In this document: positions 62,226-64,000 of the stretch, in pieces
How the letters are laid out: every line of letters begins with the position of its first letter
Numbering within the stretch: position 1 is the first letter of the stretch
From: the human T2T-CHM13v2.0 reference genome, Homo sapiens
Assembly: GCF_009914755.1 (NCBI RefSeq)
Contig: NC_060927.1
DNA length: 64,000 bases
Reading direction: 5' to 3' (one strand)
Notes under the pieces: generated by a model
Database searches by the model: none
Seen by the model: the letters and a program-made list of their open reading frames with translations, nothing else
What the model was told of the DNA's origin: nothing
Position numbers and translations under genes: made by a program

Positions 62226-62227
62226 AA

Positions 62228-62630
62228 TTTCATGCGCATCCATGTGAAGAGACCACCAAACACGCTTTGTGTGAGCAATAAAGCTGTTTATTTCACCTGG
62301 GTGCAGGCGGGCTGAGTCCGAAAAGAGGGTCAGCGAAGGGAGATAGGGGTGGGGCCGTTTTATAGGATTTGGGTAGGTAAAGGAAAAAGGGGGTTGTTCT
62401 CTGGCGGGCAGGAGTGGGGGTCACAGGGTGGTCAGCAGGGGAGCTTTTGAACCAGGATGAGCCAGGAGAAGGAATTTCACAAGACAGTGTCATCAGTTAA
62501 GGCAGGAACAGGCCATTTTCACTTCTTTTGTGGTGGAATGTCATCAGTTAAGGCAGGAACTGGCCATCTGGATGTGTACGTGCAGGTCACAGGGGATATC
62601 ATGGCTTAGCTGGGGCTCAGAGGCCTGAGA
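62228..62630 (-). promoter_or_regulatory. HERV-H 5' LTR (LTR7), candidate promoter firing leftwards
   Basis: TATAAAA 62358-62364, adjacent GC/GT box ggggtggggc, ACAAAAGA motif 62524-62531; next to PBS. Confidence 0.92.
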
Positions 62631-63772
62631 ATTATAGAGGCAGAGATTGGAGGGATGCTGTGGCAAACCAAAAATGCTGGCAGCCTCCAGGAGCTAGAAG
62701 GAGCAAGGAATGAATTCTCCCCTAAAACCTCCAGGGGCGTGGCCCTACAAACACTTTCACCCATATAGTGAAATAATAAATTGGTCTTATCTTAAGCCAC
62801 CACATTTGTGTTAATTTGTTGCAGCAGCCATAAAAAACTAATGCAACACTGTAGTCAAATTCACAGGTAAATAACTCTGAATTAGGCGGACTTCCTCATT
62901 CATACCACATTTGTGCCAGATCTGTGAATAAACTTCTTTCCAATATTCATAGATTTCTCTTAGCAAGTTTTTCGTCTATATTGTTGGTACTACATAAATG
63001 AATCTTGTTTTGTACTACCTTTCATTAATTGTTTCATGTGTATTTTTTCTTTTATTCATTAGCCTATAATGTCCTATTGAACAGAACCTATTTTGATAAA
63101 GGTAGAAAGAAAATAATTTTTGAAGTCAACTTTTCTTGGTTCTCAATTTCAGACCCTAAGCAAGATACTTAAAGTATTAAGCCCTCAGGTTTTTTATATA
63201 TAACACAGTGATAATAGTACCTATTGCGTAAAGGATTATTGCATAGACTAAACAAGAAACGCAGAGTACCTGGCTCAGAGTAAGAATCAGATAAAATTCC
63301 CTTTCTTCTTCTTACCCTGAGTAACAAGTGCATCCTTTGGCACTACCATACCTTTGGGTAAATACTGTACTTGCTTAGGACACACATATAATGAAAACTT
63401 TAAATTGAAATACTCTTAACATTTAATATTTACAGGGGGTACATATATTATTTATATATCAATGTTATACATTGGAGTGAAAGGGGACTTGGGAACACTT
63501 TATGTTCCCAAGGCTATGAGGGCTGAATGTTCTTTTTTGCCATATTATAAATCATTCTGCATGAAGAAGCAGTCAAAAACAATTGTTACTAACACTTTTA
63601 AATCTGATACTTTTTTGCAATCTGAACATAAGAAAGCAATCACTAGGAGGCTGGCTCCTTCAAATGTACGTAGATATGTGACATCTTTTTGGTGTGGTCT
63701 GGATGTTGCTATATGTCTTTGCATATGTTAGTAAGCAGCCTAACTAATTGTCAAGAATAGACACTAGAAATA

Positions 63773-63850
63773 TTAGGTTGGTGCAGAAGTAATTGTGGTT
63801 TATGCCATACTTTTATAGCAAAAACCGCAATTACTTCTGCACCAACCTAA
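63773..63850. mobile_element. Complete MADE1 MITE
   Basis: TA-ttaggttggtgc...gcaccaacctaa-TA; ~37-bp arms. Confidence 0.95.
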
Positions 63851-64000
63851 TACAAATGACATTCCTGGGAAAAAATGCTATTTCTGGGCCTCATATTGAG
63901 CCATTTTCATAAGAAAGACACCATGAAAAAAATGAAAGTTAATTAGCTCAAAAGAAAGGTGGATTTAAAAGAAACCAAAATAATTAAGGGAAATAGAGTA

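Larger units (their letters stand above)
57443..62630 (-). mobile_element. HERV-H provirus with two LTR7s, deleted non-coding type (5188 bp)
   Basis: Two LTRs, tRNA-His PBS, PPT, gag/pro/pol remnants; 5-bp TSD attac 57438-57442 / attat 62631-62635. Confidence 0.97.
57252..62846 (+). mobile_element. MLT1C-like LTR split by the HERV-H insertion (57252-57442 and 62631-62846)
   Basis: 'tttgcagatgtgattaag...gatggggagattagcctggat' continues after the provirus as 'agaggcagagattggagggatg...ttaagccaccacatttgtgttaatttgttgcagcagcc'. Confidence 0.75.

Overview
AT-rich, CpG-poor hominoid (human or great-ape) genomic DNA, judged from AluY, L1PA2-4 and HERV-H/LTR7 elements. I found no intact protein-coding gene, RNA gene or CpG island. 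Every ORF I could assign is a decayed transposon fragment (L1 ORF2, Tigger1 transposase, HERV-H gag/pro/pol), an Alu reading frame or a translated microsatellite; the rest are short and unassigned. Main landmarks: (1) a ~2.3-kb palindrome-built AT array lying inside the target-site duplication (TSD) of an AluY; (2) a fold-back inverted duplication at 16.6 kb; (3) two L1 3' ends fused head-to-head at 18.8-19.1 kb; (4) an internally deleted Tigger1; (5) a ~7.2-kb old L1 with a 339-bp tandem duplication; (6) a twin-primed L1PA, an L1MA and a solo LTR7C inserted within ~47 bp of ancestral sequence; (7) a two-LTR HERV-H provirus (minus strand) whose leader, including the major splice donor, appears deleted; (8) a MADE1 hairpin with a compensatory change. 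I cannot support a new multi-gene system. Repeat subfamily names come from recalled consensus sequences and need Dfam/RepeatMasker confirmation; boundaries of old elements are approximate.
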